A stretch of DNA of 64,000 nt, taken from an uncultured delta proteobacterium (GTDB lineage Bacteria > Desulfobacterota > Binatia > UBA9968). The DNA is taken from NCBI GenBank assembly GCA_963771465.1, contig CAVYTU010000015.1:736001-800000 (forward strand), written 5' to 3'. Below, in pieces: positions 20,426 through 31,321 of the stretch. Position 1 is the stretch's first letter; each line of letters starts with the position of its first letter. The notes below the pieces were generated by a model that saw nothing but the letters and a program-made list of their open reading frames with translations, was not told the origin of the DNA and did no database searches. The position numbers and the translations under genes were made by a program.

Positions 20426-22122
20426 CCGGCCTCCGTAAACCGCGTGCGCCGGCCAAAATAGAGATAGAGAATCACCACAGGCAGCATGAAGGCGAGGACA
20501 ACGAGATTGGCCGCTGCCGCTTGATTGAGACTACCGCCCAACCAAAGGCCCCAAACGATCATCGGCAACGTCACATTGCCCTGGCTCGTGACCAACACCG
20601 AAGCCATGGTCAGCTCGCGAAAGCACAACAGCGCCATCCACAGCCAGGCGTACACCAACGCGGGTCTTAGCAGCGGCAAAAGTATCTTTCGCATGACGTG
20701 GTAGAGCGGCAAGCCGCCGACAAACGCCGCTTCTTCCAGCTCGGGATGAATTTGTGCCAGCGAATTGTTGATGATGCGGGTTGCGAAACTGATGCGGCTG
20801 ATGGTGTAAACAAAGATAAGGATGGTCAGACTGCCATAGAGCGAAAAAACGCCGGGCAAGAGAAACAGCGCGGCGAACACCGCGGCGATGGCGAGAATCA
20901 GGTGCGGCACGGCGTGGGGCAGGAATGCGACGGCGTCGAAAGTGAGGCGCCACTTCAATCCCGATCGCAATACCGTCCAGGAGATCGCCAAGCAAACGAT
21001 CAAAGTCAACGTCGGCACCGCGATCATCAAGATAACTGTGTTCCAGGCGCCGTGCAGCAACAAATTCCACGGCAGGCCATAAAAATTTCTGAGCGACACC
21101 TGTTCCAGCGCGGCCCACGACGGCGGCTGAAAGAATCGCAGCAGCGATGCCCATAGGAGCAACAAAAACGGCAACAGCTTGGCGACGATGAAGTATGTGC
21201 CCAAGAATATCCAGGCCAACAGCCAACCCTGTTTGCCGAGCTCGATCAGCCGCGGCCGGTAGCCTTTGCCTGTGACAACGGCATAGCGATGAGAAAAACG
21301 CAGCGTGCGAAAATAGCCCCAACTCAATAACAGCGCCAAGACGACGAGAATGCTGCTCACCGCGCCGGCCATACCGTAACTCGGCAGCTCTTCCTGGGGC
21401 TGAATTTTGTAAAAGATAAACGTCGAAAAAGTGAAAATCTTATTCGACATACCGATAATCGCCGGCACTTCGAAGGCCGAAAGCCCGATGGTAAATATAT
21501 AAATCGACGCGGCGATGATTCCGGGGAACGTCAATGGCAGCGTCACGTAGCGAAGAGTGCAAAATATTCCCAAGCCGTGCACCCGCGCCGCTTCTTCCAG
21601 CGCCGGGTCCATGGTGCGGTAGGTCGCCACGATCATGATGAACGCGATGGACGATAAACCTAACCCTTCGACCCAACCCATGCCGAGCAGTGACGCGATG
21701 TTGAACGGCGGCTGCGCCAAGCCAAACCATTCCATCAGCAGTTTATTGACGATACCAATGCGGGGATGGAGCAGAAATACCCAGCCCATGGAGGTAAAAA
21801 ATGTCGGCACCAGTGCGCCGATGGTCATCAGCGCGAAGATCAAGTTCTTTCCCGGCAAGTCGGTGCGCTCGACCAACCATGCGATCGGCACCGCAAAGAG
21901 TAGTGAAATCAAGACTGTGGTCGACGCGAAACCGAGCGTGTTGAGCAGCGTACGATAGGTCGACGCATCGGTGAACAGCTCGCGATAGTGTTTGAGCGTG
22001 TAGACAACCGGCTCGCCCGGACTGCCCTGCCAAAACCCCATCCAAAAAACGATCAAAAGAAACGCGATCACCGGCACTAAGCCGATAGTGGCGATCGAGA
22101 CAAAAAGCCAGCGCCCTTTCAA
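20422..22122 (-). CDS. ABC transporter permease (FbpB-type, duplicated TM domain)
   Basis: Hydrophobic; two EAA loops (LEEAARVHG, LEEAAFVGG); overlaps the ATPase start. Confidence 0.9.
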   Translation of the reverse strand: MKGRWLFVSIATIGLVPVIAFLLIVFWMGFWQGSPGEPVVYTLKHYRELFTDASTYRTLLNTLGFASTTVLISLLFAVPIAWLVERTDLPGKNLIFALMTIGALVPTFFTSMGWVFLLHPRIGIVNKLLMEWFGLAQPPFNIASLLGMGWVEGLGLSSIAFIMIVATYRTMDPALEEAARVHGLGIFCTLRYVTLPLTFPGIIAASIYIFTIGLSAFEVPAIIGMSNKIFTFSTFIFYKIQPQEELPSYGMAGAVSSILVVLALLLSWGYFRTLRFSHRYAVVTGKGYRPRLIELGKQGWLLAWIFLGTYFIVAKLLPFLLLLWASLLRFFQPPSWAALEQVSLRNFYGLPWNLLLHGAWNTVILMIAVPTLTLIVCLAISWTVLRSGLKWRLTFDAVAFLPHAVPHLILAIAAVFAALFLLPGVFSLYGSLTILIFVYTISRISFATRIINNSLAQIHPELEEAAFVGGLPLYHVMRKILLPLLRPALVYAWLWMALLCFRELTMASVLVTSQGNVTLPMIVWGLWLGGSLNQAAAANLVVLAFMLPVVILYLYFGRRTRFTEAG

Positions 22123-22172
22123 CGGGAATTACCTGCCGAAAAAAAGCATCTGAAGCATCACGGCGTGAGACT

Positions 22173-22586
22173 CTAGGCGCGATAGATTTCCGACTCGGGC
22201 GGTATCTCCATCAGCTCGATGCTGTTGCCGTCCGGGTCTGAGATAAACGCGATGCGCTGCTTGGCGCGGCCGATAAATTTTCGTTCCGGCGTCACGCTCA
22301 GCGTCGCCAGGTGCGCCAGCGCCTGTTCCAGGTTATCGATCACCAGGCAAAAATGAATGTAGCCGATCGGGTCCGGCGGCGATGGCAGGATATTTTTCCC
22401 GCCGGGAAAAAGCTCGACGCACTGTCCTTTGGCGAACTCCAAGAACATCAGCTCCGGACGATCGCCGCTTGGAGCGACGCGATAGATCACTTTCGCGCCG
22501 AAGGCGTCGCCGTACCAACGAATACTTTTTTCTACATCGGCGACTTTGAAAGCCACGTGGCCAAATCGAACCCCGTCAATCGCCAT
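22173..22586 (-). CDS. VOC/glyoxalase family protein
   Basis: GHVAFKV, HFCL, DPDGNSIELME. Confidence 0.87.
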   Translation of the reverse strand: MAIDGVRFGHVAFKVADVEKSIRWYGDAFGAKVIYRVAPSGDRPELMFLEFAKGQCVELFPGGKNILPSPPDPIGYIHFCLVIDNLEQALAHLATLSVTPERKFIGRAKQRIAFISDPDGNSIELMEIPPESEIYRA

Positions 22587-22821
22587 ATGAATTCTCCACT
22601 TCTATTAGCATTCTTATGCAATCAGTCTTGCGCCAAAAGTTTCCATTCGGTGGCGCCGTCCGCCCATCTTGAGATGCCGAATTGGCACCTCAAGTCATGG
22701 ACTGTGATTTACTTTACAGCCATAGGGTCCGGCGATCTTAAGCAATAAAGCCACCAAACGGCAAGACCAAAACGGTCTGCGTGGTCGGTTAAGAATTGGC
22801 GGACGGTCGTGCTAGGGTTTT

Positions 22822-23170
22822 CTACAACCCGACTGCTTTCAAAGAATAGAAATCAATGCAGTTGTCGCGCAGGATTAGTTTCTTTACCCGCTCCGAAAGA
22901 TCTTTCCGCGTGCGAAAGTGGGGAATGTCGGCTAAGAATTGATCCAAGGTCGGGCGCTCATGCGGAAAATCTGACGGGTAGAGAATCTTTCTTTCCAAAC
23001 CCAAACCGACGACGTAGGAAAGAATTTTTTCTTCCAGTTCGCAGGAAAAATAAATCGAACCGTCCTTGACGTACTCGCTCGGCGCTTTGGTAAGCAAAGG
23101 CGCCTGCTGCGGCAGCTTTTCATATTTCTCGTCGAGCCGTTCCATCATATAAGGCACCCAGCCGGCGCGT
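22822..23170 (-). pseudogene. 3' fragment of an amidohydrolase-2 family gene, 5'-truncated
   Basis: AGWVPYMMERLD...PSEY...YPSDFPH...ILRDN motifs; in-frame TAA two codons upstream of AGWVP; N-terminal metal-binding region absent. Confidence 0.75.
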
Positions 23171-23472
23171 AGTTAGGGATCATTCCAACGTTCATTCACT
23201 TACCCCAGAGTAAAGACTGTGAGCGGATGCTTTTCACTATTCGATAGAGACTCACAATTTAAGCCTTGACAAGATTTGAGGAACGCAAGAGAATCCCTCG
23301 CGGTAACATGAACTTGCATTACCATACTCCTCCGTCGGGTATTAATTTTCCCCTGAAATATTGCTTCCATCTTTCGTGGCACACTCGACATCGTCGTCAT
23401 GCCAAACAACCCACAGTAGGGTGCGGCACTATACTCCTCAATCGTCAGGATCGTTAAGGCGAAATTCGGAAC

Positions 23473-26450
23473 ATGGGCAATCGTAGAGCGCTATTAATCG
23501 GTCCTCACAAGTACGGCGAAGGGTTCGCTCCCTTGCCGGCGGTAAAACATGACGTTGAACTCATGGGTTCCGTACTGGAGGCCTCTGGATATGAGATTGA
23601 GATTTGTCCACAAGATACACTCAGCAACACCGCCACGTTGGACCAAGCCATGCGTGATTTCTGTTCCACCGCTGGCCCGGAAGATACCCGGATTGTGTAT
23701 TTTACCGGACACGGGATACGCGGAGATGATAACGTGGATTCGATTGTTCCAGCGGGAACGACTCGAACGGCCGCGTTTTCCAGTGCGAGTCAGCGGGTAT
23801 CTACCGACCTCAGCAAAACGGTTGCCGCTTCGAAAGTCGGACTTGTGCTGTTCATTATCGATGCCTGTCGTGACAAAGAAGACGTTCCGATAACAAAGGG
23901 CGGTGCCGCATGGGCCGATCCGGAGCGGCTAGCGACACCAGAGGAACATCGGTTCGTCAGGTTTTTAGGCTGTGCCGCTAACGAGGTCTGTCAAATTCTA
24001 CCTTCCGGCTCAGATGAGCCGTCTTTGAGCCTCTTCACAAAGGCTTTTGCCGAAAGCATCTCGGAGTCAGACTGTGTCTCCCTAGAAGAGCTATTGCCGC
24101 ATGTCGAGAGGCGATGTACCGAGCTGCGATCCCAAAGCATCTCTCTGCAACCTCAAAAGCCCCGATTGAGCTATGGTGAGCTTTCAGTCGAAAAACAAAG
24201 GATGCTGCAAAAGCCCATCTTTGACCCCATCGGTCGGGCTGCTCTATCGACCATCTGGGAATCGTTCGATCCCAACAAATTTCACTGCCTCGTAGTTCTA
24301 TCTGAGTACGAGCATCAGAGAGTCTCCGCGCGAGGATTGGAGGATCTCGTTCGTGACGCGATCTCGGGAGAAACCGGCGAGAGAATCTGGAAATCCTTTC
24401 AAACCGCTTGCAACCTTCGGATCCTTGTCTCGGGCAGGCGGAGGACATTGTCTGACGCATACGACCCGTCAGCGGTATCGTTTGGCTCCTTCTCGGTCCT
24501 CGACGCATTTGCAAGCGCCGAAGCTCTCGATAGGGCGGTGCGCGCCATCGTCGAAGCCGATCTCGTTATTTTCGACGTCACCGGTTTCGAGCCAGGCGTG
24601 ATGATGTTCGTCGGGATCCGGTCTGCCTGCTGTAGGTCGCTCAGCATCTGCAGCCACGGAGGCGCATGGAAGGAAGGGAAGCCGCTCGAAGTGCCGTTTA
24701 ACTTGCAGGACCTCAACATCAATTCGCACACGCGCCCCGACGATCCTTCGGCTGGTATGGATCCCGTGGTGGAGCGATTCGTGCGTCGAGTCGAGACCGG
24801 CTTTCATCAGGTAGCCAAACACCCGCGCTATCTGGATCTTCCGGCTTACGACGCATTGAGGCAATTGGGATCGCCTTACGAAGCTTCGTCCACTATTGAT
24901 GTCAGCGATCGGATACTCGTTCTTTGTTCGTATTCGGCAGAATATTGGGACAATTGGGGGGACGTAAGTTCGCGCCTCAAACGGGTGCTCTCAAACAAAA
25001 AGAATTACAAAACGAAGATCGAAAGAATTATCGATTATGGCACGCCTCAGCTGATTTGGCAGGGTCTATACGAGCAAATCCGCCGGACCGCCGGTTGCGT
25101 AGTTGATTGGTCGGAATACAACGCTTCAGTGTTTTTGGAACTCGGCATCAGGCTAGCAGTCAGCGAGTGGGGAGCACTACAGATCATCGATGAAAGGTAT
25201 CTTCCCGGCGGAACAAAAGCGCCGGCATTGACTCAGGTCGAAAAAATGCGCCGCTTATTTAATCCGATTGATATCGCATTCGGGTTAACTCTTCGGATGC
25301 TATTGAAAAGGCATGCGAGGCTCTGCTACAGCGGACTCCGCACCTGGACGAGAACGCCGACTACAACCGCATTCACCGCGTATTGCTTCCGGTGATCGAA
25401 GAAATACAGGAGGCGCAACCCGGGCTCGTCGACGAGCTTAAAAACAAAGCTGACGCTCTCCATCACCCGCAGCAGGGGCGCATGGGAGCACCGCAGATCC
25501 TGTTCCACCGCAGTCGGATCGTGAAACAGAACAGCGAGAAGGCTGCTCTGGAACTGCGCATTGCTGCGTGGCTCTACCTCGAGCACCGCGTGAAAGGCAC
25601 AAGGGTTAAGGAAGATGCCTCTTCACGAAAGCTGTACCACGATCTTGGTCGCACGGTGATCGACGCCATTTACGATCTTGGCGACGATGAATCTTTGCGC
25701 TGGCTGAATTCATCGAAGACCGTCTGACGCAAGTTGTAGAAACCGCCAGGGAATGGCAGGAGCAGGCAAAGTCGTATCGAAAGAAAGGCGATGCCCTGCG
25801 CAAATTTGGGCGGGAAAAGGCTGCCCAGGATGCATATCAGGCTGGAGTTGCAGCCTTAACGAGCGCGCTGCAAATACTTCGCCCAGAACCCGATCCCGTG
25901 TCGTCAATGATTCTCCCTTTGAGTGGAAAGCAGGAAGCGGCACTTGACGAACTTGTCGAAACCTACGGTGCGCGAGGCGGTATGCTGTTACGCCTAGGAG
26001 CTCCAAAAACAGGCTTTATCCAGCTACCTGGCAGGTGCCGAACTTGAAGAACGATTTGCTCGTTCCGGCACGTATAATCGCTTGCAAGCGATCAAAACCG
26101 CATTGCTTACGGGCGACAAACACTTGGAACAGCTTGAATCACAAATTCAGACGCTCGCCACACTGATCGAAACGAACTACGAACGAAAATACATTGAGCG
26201 ACAGCGGTTGGCATGGGCAGATCTCGGCGATTCCTTCGCCTTGCTCGGCAACCCGGACGATGACGCGCAGGGCCTACACGACTTTCATAGCAAAAGCTGA
26301 GATCAAGTCCCCGGAAAGAACACTCGATGTGCTGAAGGAAATTGCGGTAAAACTCGATGAGTCAAAGGATCCTGATGCAATGCGACTGCGGTTAGCATCG
26401 ATGTTTTGGATAGCCGGCTAGCCGAGAAGAAGTTCTCTCAGGAGGCTTAA
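23473..26450 (+). CDS. Caspase (peptidase C14) domain + two DRHyd/NDT-like domains + TPR region; frameshifted, possibly split into two genes near 25730
   Basis: RALLIG, YFTGHG (His), IIDACR (Cys); ADLVIFDVTGFEPGVMMFVGIR and CVVDWSEYNASVFLELGIR; after indels the reading continues ...AEFIEDRLTQVVETAREWQEQAK...ETYGARGGMLLRLG...TYNRLQAIK...AWADLGDSFALLG...SQEA-TAA abutting the next ATG. Confidence 0.75.
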
Positions 26451-27704
26451 ATGAACGAAACTGACGAACTGTCACAGGCTATTTCGAACACATGGGACCA
26501 GATAATACCGTTACTTGGCGGAGATCGCGAGCTCTTCGAGTGTCAGCTCACCACACTTTTGCGCCGGCTCGATGCTACGGTCGACCAGGGACAAGCTGCA
26601 GTGATCCGATCAATTATTGATTTATTCCAGAAATATGATGCTGCCCACAAACTGCTCCTTAAAGCGATAAGCCAAGCCACTTCCCATCGAAACAAGGGGG
26701 CGGGCGTCCAGGCAGGATTTGTGAAGAAGGATCGGCACTCGATCGTACCAGTGTTCTACGGCACGGATCGCGCCATATCATCAGATACTTCCGTGTCCTC
26801 TCCGGCCGAACGCGGCGATCTAACGTTCGGCATCGCCGACGTGAGTATACCGGATGATCATCGAATGGGAGAAATCAAAAGCCTAACCTTGAAGCTACAA
26901 TTTCGGGAAGATCCGAATAAACACATCGTTGTGCTCAGTCTCGAACCTCTATCGGCCACTTCGTTCGCCGAGCGCGCACGCAACACCTTGAATCGGAGCG
27001 CCAAGAAGGAGGTTCTGCTTTTTGTTCACGGTTACAACGTCAGTTTCAGTGACGCAATCGCCCGCACAGCACAGATCGCCTACGACTTACATTTTGAAGG
27101 CATTCCAGCGCTTTACAGTTGGCCATCGGAGGGAGCGGTACTTAGGTACGCGGTGGACGAGACGAACGTCACCTGGTCTCGCCCGCGGTTTGCGGAGTTT
27201 CTCGCCACAATTAAAGAGAAGTTGGGAGCTGAAACCGTCCATATCATCGCCCATAGCATGGGGAACCGTTTGGTTGCCGAGACTATCGCTACCATGCCAC
27301 CTGCCGCTTCGAATCGAGGTGCTCGCATAAGACAAATCGTGTTCGCGGCGCCGGACATCGATGCCGCGACTTTCAAAGATTTAGCGATTGGCTTTTTGAA
27401 TAAGGCCGAGCGTTTCACGTTGTACGCGTCGTCAAATGACAAAGCTCTCATGATCTCTCGGGGGATTCATAAACACCCACGGGCAGGTGATTCAGGTGTC
27501 GATCTTGTCGTTCTTGACCCCCTCGATACAGTCGACGCGACAGCCATCGACACCAGTTTGTTAGGACACTCCTATTATGGCGATAATCGATCCGTAATAA
27601 CGGACATCTTTGAATTGGTTCGGCGTGGCACGGCGCCGCATGAACGGTTCGGACTCTCCGCCAAAAGCAAGTACGGCGCACGCTATTGGTTATTCAATCC
27701 ATAG
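26451..27704 (+). CDS. DUF900-family alpha/beta hydrolase (esterase/lipase) with an ~80 aa N-terminal helical extension
   Basis: VFYGTDR, FVHGYN, YSWPS, IAHSMG nucleophile, AAPDID, HSYY; ATG directly follows the upstream TAA. Confidence 0.88.
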   Translation: MNETDELSQAISNTWDQIIPLLGGDRELFECQLTTLLRRLDATVDQGQAAVIRSIIDLFQKYDAAHKLLLKAISQATSHRNKGAGVQAGFVKKDRHSIVPVFYGTDRAISSDTSVSSPAERGDLTFGIADVSIPDDHRMGEIKSLTLKLQFREDPNKHIVVLSLEPLSATSFAERARNTLNRSAKKEVLLFVHGYNVSFSDAIARTAQIAYDLHFEGIPALYSWPSEGAVLRYAVDETNVTWSRPRFAEFLATIKEKLGAETVHIIAHSMGNRLVAETIATMPPAASNRGARIRQIVFAAPDIDAATFKDLAIGFLNKAERFTLYASSNDKALMISRGIHKHPRAGDSGVDLVVLDPLDTVDATAIDTSLLGHSYYGDNRSVITDIFELVRRGTAPHERFGLSAKSKYGARYWLFNP

Positions 27705-27887
27705 CCGAGCCGGTATTCGCAACGTTATCAGCGTCCGAGCAACTGGTCTTCCTCCAAGCATCGCGAGGCACTAACACATACATTTAGGAACCGACTCAAC
27801 AATCGCAAGCGTTGATGATAAATATAAACGTGTCTCGTCTCTCGATTTGAAGTCCTTCAAAGCAAAACCGACCTGGTTTTCCGCTAT

Positions 27888-29900
27888 TTATTCCAGCAGC
27901 TTTCGCGCATCGAGATGGACAAACGTAGCGCCCGCTATCTTGGGCTCGTTTAATCGTGTCTTCGGTACCGCCTGGCGCCATCGCCCGTGGCGCCGTTCCA
28001 CAACGCAATCAAAGTCAAATGATCCTGCGAAATAGAAAGCGCGTTGTGGAGCATCCAGAGATTGGAACGCTGCCAAATATCGTAATCCTTCTTCGCCCGA
28101 AGCCAGCGGGGCAATCGATCTGAATCGGAAAGAATCTTTGGCTTGAGTTTGTCGTAGAGGCGATTGAAGCGCTCGACCCAATCCGGCCCGCTGTCGCCAC
28201 CGAGGCCTTAATGTAATCGCTCTTTCGGCAAGCACCAGGTACATCTGGCTTGGTAATGTTTAACTCTTCGCAGACTTCGTGAAACAGAATATCGCCGCCG
28301 GACGCGCCGCCGGAAATACCGAGTAATTTCCGTCTTTGATCGCTTCTGCCTCCTTGTCACTGCTTCGAAAATCATCGCCCGCGCCTGCTTCTCCTTTAGC
28401 CGCAGGAAAGCGCGGGCTTTGCGATCCGGAGCGTCGATCGCGATGGCCAGTAAACAAAATCACTCGCGGCGGCGGCTTCCTGATGGCTTTGCACGGCCAC
28501 CGGCGCGATACTTTCGAGACCCGCTTGAATATTTTCCTTTAGAATTCCCGAGACGCTGATAAAGCAACAGTTGCCGTCGCACGGCATCGCGCGCGTGATC
28601 CGACGCATCGGTGAGAGCTTTGTTGTAAGCCTGCGCGACCCGATTCGGTCGTCGTGGAGGTCAAACAAATCAGATCCGCGGTGCTGATGTCGACCCACAC
28701 GTCGGTTTTATCAGTGCGCTGCAACGCGACTTGTTTCGACTCGATCGCGAGCCGAACGCCGGCAGCGAGATCGTTGCGCAACTCTTTGAGCTTCTGCAAT
28801 CTTTGTTGGCATCTTCTTCAGAATCGAAGTTGTCTTGCCAGATGGTTGCTTGACGTTGAGCCAACTCAACCATCATCGTCACCATCGCCAAAGCGTTCAG
28901 GCCCGAGTAAAAATGATTTCGGTCTTCGATAAACCCGGCGCGGTAAAGCTCGAAAGATTTCTCCAAATACTTCGAGGTCAGAGCCGCCTTCTGTGCGGCG
29001 TCAACATGTCGTCAAATGTCGTCCAGCTCTGCTCCCATTGATTCTTGGCGTTTCGCCCTATCAACGCACGAATTTCCGCGCGTCCATTCGCGGAAATCTC
29101 TTGGTTTTGCAGTGCCCGTTCGACGGCGTGATCGGAGCTGACCAGATCGCCAAGGCGTTGAAAGATCGTTCCCAGCATCGTGTTGGCTTCCACGTCCATG
29201 TCGTCATACTCGCGCACCGCCGTCCAAGTGACCTTGGCGCCAGGCCAGTCTTTGAGGCGAAATTGAGCGTTGGCCGATCAGGCGCAAGCCGGCAATCTGC
29301 CAGGCGAAGCCGTCGACCTCGGCAGCCAACAATTGCAGATCACCGCAATTTCTTCGCTGCCTCGACCCGTTCGATCTCTTCGCGAAAATCGAGCGGAACC
29401 ACCAAAACATCCTCCGGATCAGCTGGCTTCAAGGCGGGCAGCAATTGATAAATCGGGCTGTCGGCTTTTTGCGAATCCATAGTGAGTTTGAGCGCCGCAG
29501 CAAGAATGTCCACAGCCCCGCCAGTTGATTTGGATCGTAGACCAGATAACGGTCGGTTTTCAGATCGAACGGCACGTCAGTATCCTTGGCATCACGTTCT
29601 CCCGGTGTGAGCTTGTTTGGATTTGATAAGAAACGTGCGTTTATCGCGCAATGCGTGACGAATGCCTAGTTCGTAAAATGCATTGGCATTGTGTATCGAG
29701 ATGTCGGCAATCACCAGATCGGCGACGAGCAATTGCTCGAACATATCGGTTCGAATGTTGCCTTGCTGTATGAATTCGACGGTGGTGCCGCCAGTCAAGC
29801 CGGCCTGCGCCATTGCCGGGCGAATGAGATCTTTTTCGACTTGATCAAAGTTGATGCCGCTTTTTGTGCCGAATGGACGAACGATAAAAACGTTCTTCAT
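27888..29900 (-). CDS. DRHyd/NDT-like + TPR (TPR-S-like) + SLOG domain protein, frameshifted
   Basis: N-term VFIVRPFG...DMFEQLLVADLVIADISIHNANAFYELGIRHA...VPFDL; middle EANTMLGTIFQRLG, RALIGRNAK, HFYSGLNAL; C-term ILFTGH..PRFP, GISGGASGGDILFHE, WQRSNLWML, IALWNG..GDG.GGT; GAGGAG RBS. Confidence 0.78.
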
Positions 29901-29967
29901 GGTCTCACTCCTCATTCCGCTTAGCCGAGCATCTGCGTCAGTCTTGAGAATTGGCCCCTAATTCCAA

Positions 29968-31146
29968 TTAGCAACCGACGAGATCGAAATTCGACGGAAA
30001 ATCCTCGCCGCGAACTTGCTGCTTTGCCGCCCGCGCGCCGACTTCTTGCAACGTTGCCATGTTGGCGGGATCGTCCATCGCGCTCAAGGTTTCGAGCTTG
30101 TGCATGGGGCAGAGCCATACCAAGCGACGTCAGCGAATCACCAGTTAGCAAACATTGTAACGCAGATAAGTGATCAGCGGCGCCGGCGCGATCGAATCAT
30201 TGCGCAAGTCGCCCATCTCCCGATCGATTTCGCGCGCGGTCCGGCTGCGCGACATCCACTGCAGCAAGAGTTCCATCAGATCGGCGCAATCATCCATCAC
30301 CGAGAATCACGCCTTCAACGCATTGTCCGTCGGCCAAGATTGCCGGCGCAATTTTCGGGTCCGCGGCTGCCAGTGCCGACGGAAACCAGCAAGCAACTTG
30401 TCGGCGCCCATCGGCCAACCAATACGGTAGCCATCGAAAGTCGCATACATAACCGCCTGAAGCGCGGGATTATTAAACGGGCTGACGCCGCCATCGACGA
30501 ACTCGCCTGACGGATCTTGCTGATCCAGTTGCCCTGGAGCGATTACGATTTTTTCCGGATTGAAATAGCGCGGCGCCGCCGTGGAAGCGCGCACCACTTG
30601 CCAGAGTGGATATTCGGAATTGGCGCACGACGCTCTGATTCGGTCGCACATCGTAATACCGGCCGCGCGGATTATTCGAGATCGGCCAGGGGCTGCCGCT
30701 ATCGAGTCGCTTGGTGATCACCAGCAACCCGGTCTGCAATCGACGCATCGCCCATTGTCGTATTGGCTGCCATAGACTTCTTTCAGCTCTTTGATCAGTT
30801 GCGCTTCGTCATAGAACGCCCGGACATAGCCGTCGCGAAACCAGCTTTTTTGAAACACTCTTTGCCCGAGGTCGATATACTTTTTGATGATCTCCGCCAC
30901 GCCATGCCGCAGCGCCAACGCCGCCGCAATAATCGCACCGGTGGACGTGCCGGCGATCAGATCGAAATAGTGAGCCAAGCGAAAATCATTGCTGCCACCG
31001 TGCCGCTGTCTGAGCAGCGACTCGATTTCGGCGAGATACGATAAAGTGAGAATACCGCGCAGGCCGCCACCGTCCAAAGCTAAAATGCGCTTCGGGCCGG
31101 CGTCGTTGAAAAAATGTTCGTCACGGTTTCGGATTTTGTAAGCCAC
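29968..31146 (-). CDS. Patatin-like phospholipase, frameshifted
   Basis: DGGGLRG, GTSTG, RASTAAPRYF, FVDGG..PFNNP; C-terminus ...QVRGEDFPSNFDLVGC-TAA; AGGAG RBS before a GTG start. Confidence 0.85.
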
Positions 31147-31321
31147 AGCCGTCTCCTTAACTTTGATGCCCTTAGAATATCACTCTTTGAAATTGTTGCG
31201 CAGCTCAATTCCATCGTCAACGGATCATTTCGATTGACACAGAGCACGTGCGGCGGTATGGAAGTCACGGTTTGATTCGGATGAAGCCAGGAGAAGCAAA
31301 TCGGCAAGGAGGACATATTCA

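Noticed and set aside
23473-31146. Calling the island genes pseudogenes, or invoking programmed frameshifting
   Set aside because: Similar single-base indels affect unrelated genes (14.6-15.8 kb, 32.7-32.9 kb, 41.0-41.2 kb, 52.6 kb) while catalytic motifs stay intact. Sequencing error is the simpler explanation, though decay cannot be excluded without reads.
29968-31146. CBASS (CapV) assignment for the patatin
   Set aside because: No CD-NTase or Cap2/Cap3 gene is present nearby.
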